A stretch of 64,000 bases of DNA from Obrimoposthia wandeli (Eukaryota), in assembly GCA_977020255.1 (NCBI GenBank), contig CDROCS010000253.1:1240001-1304000 (forward strand). Reading direction: 5' to 3'. This document shows positions 61,875 to 64,000 of this stretch, one piece after another. Below the pieces are notes generated by a model that worked only from the letters and a program-made list of their open reading frames with translations, was not told the origin of the DNA and did no database searches. Position numbers and translations under genes: made by a program. The stretch's first letter is position 1; every line of letters begins with the position of its first letter.

Positions 61875-63455
61875 ATGAGTTTAAATACGGATAAATACAG
61901 TATAGATAATACAGATTATACTGTTGGACAGGATAACATTCAAAAATGGGGATTCGATATACATAATACTGTATTTGGGATCAGTGCTGGTTTAATTGGT
62001 CTTTTTTTAATTGCAATTTTAATTATTGATCCGGCAACATCAAAAGCTTTTTTAGACGGTATAAAATGGCAGATTATAGGAGCATTTGACGGCCTCTTTA
62101 TGTGGTCTGCTAATTTTTTCGTACTCTTCTGTTTGACATTAATTGTCTCTCCTTTCGGTAAAATCCGTTTAGGTGGCGACGATGCAAAAGCGGATCATTC
62201 AAGACTTTCCTGGATAGCGATGCTATTTGCAGCAGGCATGGGGATTGGTTTGATGTTTTGGGGGGTTGCTGAGCCCGTAGCTTATTACACCGGCTGGTAT
62301 GAAACGCCACTTAATGTCATCGCTAATACACCGGCAGCAGCAGAGCTTGCACTGGGTGCAACTATGTTCCACTGGGGATTACACCCTTGGGCAATTTATG
62401 GCGTGGTCGCTTTATCGTTATCCTTCTTTGCTTACAATAAAGGTTTACCGCTTTCCATACGATCTGCTTTTTATCCGATATTAGGAGACCGCACCTGGAG
62501 TTGGCCTGGACATATCATTGATATTTTAGCCGTCATAGCCACATTATTTGGTCTTGCAACATCGTTAGGTTTAGGTGCCCAACAAGCTGCGGGTGGTTTC
62601 CAGCATGTGTTTGGTATTGAAGGCGACCTATCCCTGCAAATCACTATTATTGTCGTGGTTACCATGCTTGCCATTATCTCTGTGGTACGCGGGCTTGAAG
62701 GTGGTGTCAAAGTAATTAGTAATATCAATATGTTAATTGCTGCTGTTTTAGTTGTTTTTGTTGCGCTTGTGACCGCTGCTGTTTCCATGGGTACTATTCC
62801 TACAACCATAATGGGTTATGTTAAGAATATTATCCCGTTGAGTAATCCAGTGGGTCGAGAAGATGAAGCTTGGATGCACGGCTGGACTGTCTTCTATTGG
62901 GCATGGTGGATTTCATGGTCTCCATTTGTCGGTATGTTTATTGCTCGTATTTCGCGCGGCCGTACGGTACGTGAATTTCTTACCGCAGTATTAATTATAC
63001 CAACATCGGTTACTATTCTATGGATGTCTGTCTTTGGCGGCGTAGCTATTGACCAGGTTGTCAATAAGATTGGTACATTGGGCAGCCAGGGCTTAACTGA
63101 AGTTCCTCTTGCGATGTTCCAGATGTTTGATGCACTGCCATTAGGTAATATTTTATCAATGCTTGCTGTGCTGCTGGTACTGGTTTTCTTTATCACCTCT
63201 TCCGACTCCGGCTCACTGGTAATAGATAGTATTACCGCCGGCGGTAAAGTTGATGCGCCGATTCCGCAACGTATTTTTTGGGCATCAATAGAAGGTGCCA
63301 TTGCAGCTGTATTACTTTGGGTTGGTGGTACTGAGGCGATTGAGGCGTTACAAGCGGGTGCAATTTCGACAGCGCTACCCTTTACCATTATTTTATTAAT
63401 AATGTGTGTCAGTTTGTTGATGGGTATGCGCACTGAAAAGCATAATAGCAGGTAG
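61875..63455 (+). CDS. BCCT transporter, probably Na+-coupled betaine type
   Basis: FAAGMGIGLMFWGVAEP (Gly, not the BetT Asp), FHWGLHPWA, WTVFYWAWWISWSPFVGMFIARIS, FFITSSDSGS. Confidence 0.93.
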   Translation: MSLNTDKYSIDNTDYTVGQDNIQKWGFDIHNTVFGISAGLIGLFLIAILIIDPATSKAFLDGIKWQIIGAFDGLFMWSANFFVLFCLTLIVSPFGKIRLGGDDAKADHSRLSWIAMLFAAGMGIGLMFWGVAEPVAYYTGWYETPLNVIANTPAAAELALGATMFHWGLHPWAIYGVVALSLSFFAYNKGLPLSIRSAFYPILGDRTWSWPGHIIDILAVIATLFGLATSLGLGAQQAAGGFQHVFGIEGDLSLQITIIVVVTMLAIISVVRGLEGGVKVISNINMLIAAVLVVFVALVTAAVSMGTIPTTIMGYVKNIIPLSNPVGREDEAWMHGWTVFYWAWWISWSPFVGMFIARISRGRTVREFLTAVLIIPTSVTILWMSVFGGVAIDQVVNKIGTLGSQGLTEVPLAMFQMFDALPLGNILSMLAVLLVLVFFITSSDSGSLVIDSITAGGKVDAPIPQRIFWASIEGAIAAVLLWVGGTEAIEALQAGAISTALPFTIILLIMCVSLLMGMRTEKHNSR

Positions 63456-63470
63456 TATTTACTAACTATG

Positions 63471-63502
63471 AAAAAAGCCGATGAATAATCTATCGGCTTT
63501 TT
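63471..63502. terminator. Bidirectional terminator BCCT/exonuclease
   Basis: aaaaaagccgat-N9-atcggcttttt. Confidence 0.8.
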
Positions 63503-63511
63503 ATTTCTCCC

Positions 63512-64000
63512 TTATAACCACAATTTTTTGATCGCGGTATCCGGAGTAAAATGATGTTTAATCTGCGCCTGTAATAACTCAGCAGTTGCAATCGCATCAG
63601 TTAACGCGTCGTGAGGTTGATAAGTGGGTAAGTTGTAACGTAAGCGACTGTTTGCAAGACGGATAGATTCAGGACGTTTTCCCTTAAACCAGTTAATGAT
63701 CCGCTGCGACTGTGTTCGCTGTAGATCGGCCTCAATCTGCATTGTATCAATAACCGGAAAGATAATACCTTCATTAATCAGCGCACGTAAATTTCGATCG
63801 AAAAAATCCCGCTCAATTCGGCGATAATGAACCACCACCACTTTTCCTGCCAGCTCATCTAAAAGCTGCTCCAAAATCCGCAGCAAATCAGGCGCACCTT
63901 GTAAATCAGAGTGAGTGATTCCATGGATAATAACCGAGTTTTCTTGTAAATTATCCTGCGGATTGATATACCATTTTTTTGCTTTGCGACAAAAAATGCG
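63512..64000 (-). CDS. DEDDh 3'-5' exonuclease (DnaQ-like), 5' end off the window
   Basis: Frame stays open to 64000: SVIIHGITHSDL..APD, VVVHYRRIERDFFD, VIDTM, HDALTDAIATAEL. Confidence 0.88.
   Translation of the reverse strand, partial: RIFCRKAKKWYINPQDNLQENSVIIHGITHSDLQGAPDLLRILEQLLDELAGKVVVVHYRRIERDFFDRNLRALINEGIIFPVIDTMQIEADLQRTQSQRIINWFKGKRPESIRLANSRLRYNLPTYQPHDALTDAIATAELLQAQIKHHFTPDTAIKKLWL

Overview
AT-rich chromosomal segment of a marine gammaproteobacterium; gene content and order suggest Alteromonadales, probably Colwellia (inference, not a database match). No rRNA, tRNA, CRISPR array or intact transposase was seen. In order: coxA/coxB (CoxB carries two extra heme c domains); lexA with tandem SOS boxes; a beta-alanine/omega-amino acid locus (BauA-like aminotransferase, MmsA, UPF0126 protein, TRAP DctMQP, BauR-like LysR, porin) sharing a 21-bp motif at three promoters; hutD; a TPP riboswitch with thiC-O-S-G-DE; several housekeeping genes; an FHA-wHTH / Ser-Thr kinase-TPR / DP-motif protein trio; a GGDEF protein; a Fur-box PepSY operon; two orphan ORFs; an aminophosphonate cluster (TonB receptor, MFS-like carrier, phnX, FAD oxidoreductase, phnR, phnW, TSUP) with two perfect TGGTCTAGACCA operators; a PAS sigma-54 activator with ccoG-like, norE-like and norF-like genes but no norCB; an MTHFR-like gene; an 8-MCE LetB with split LetA; a triheme cytochrome c4; engB; an ABC exporter; a candidate sRNA; decayed porin and BCCT fragments; an intact BCCT; and a 3'-5' exonuclease. 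The best candidates for undescribed systems are TonB-dependent aminophosphonate uptake, the BauR-linked TRAP plus porin, the kinase/FHA-wHTH module and the sigma-54 ccoG-norEF module. Family assignments are from motif recognition by eye and need HMM confirmation.
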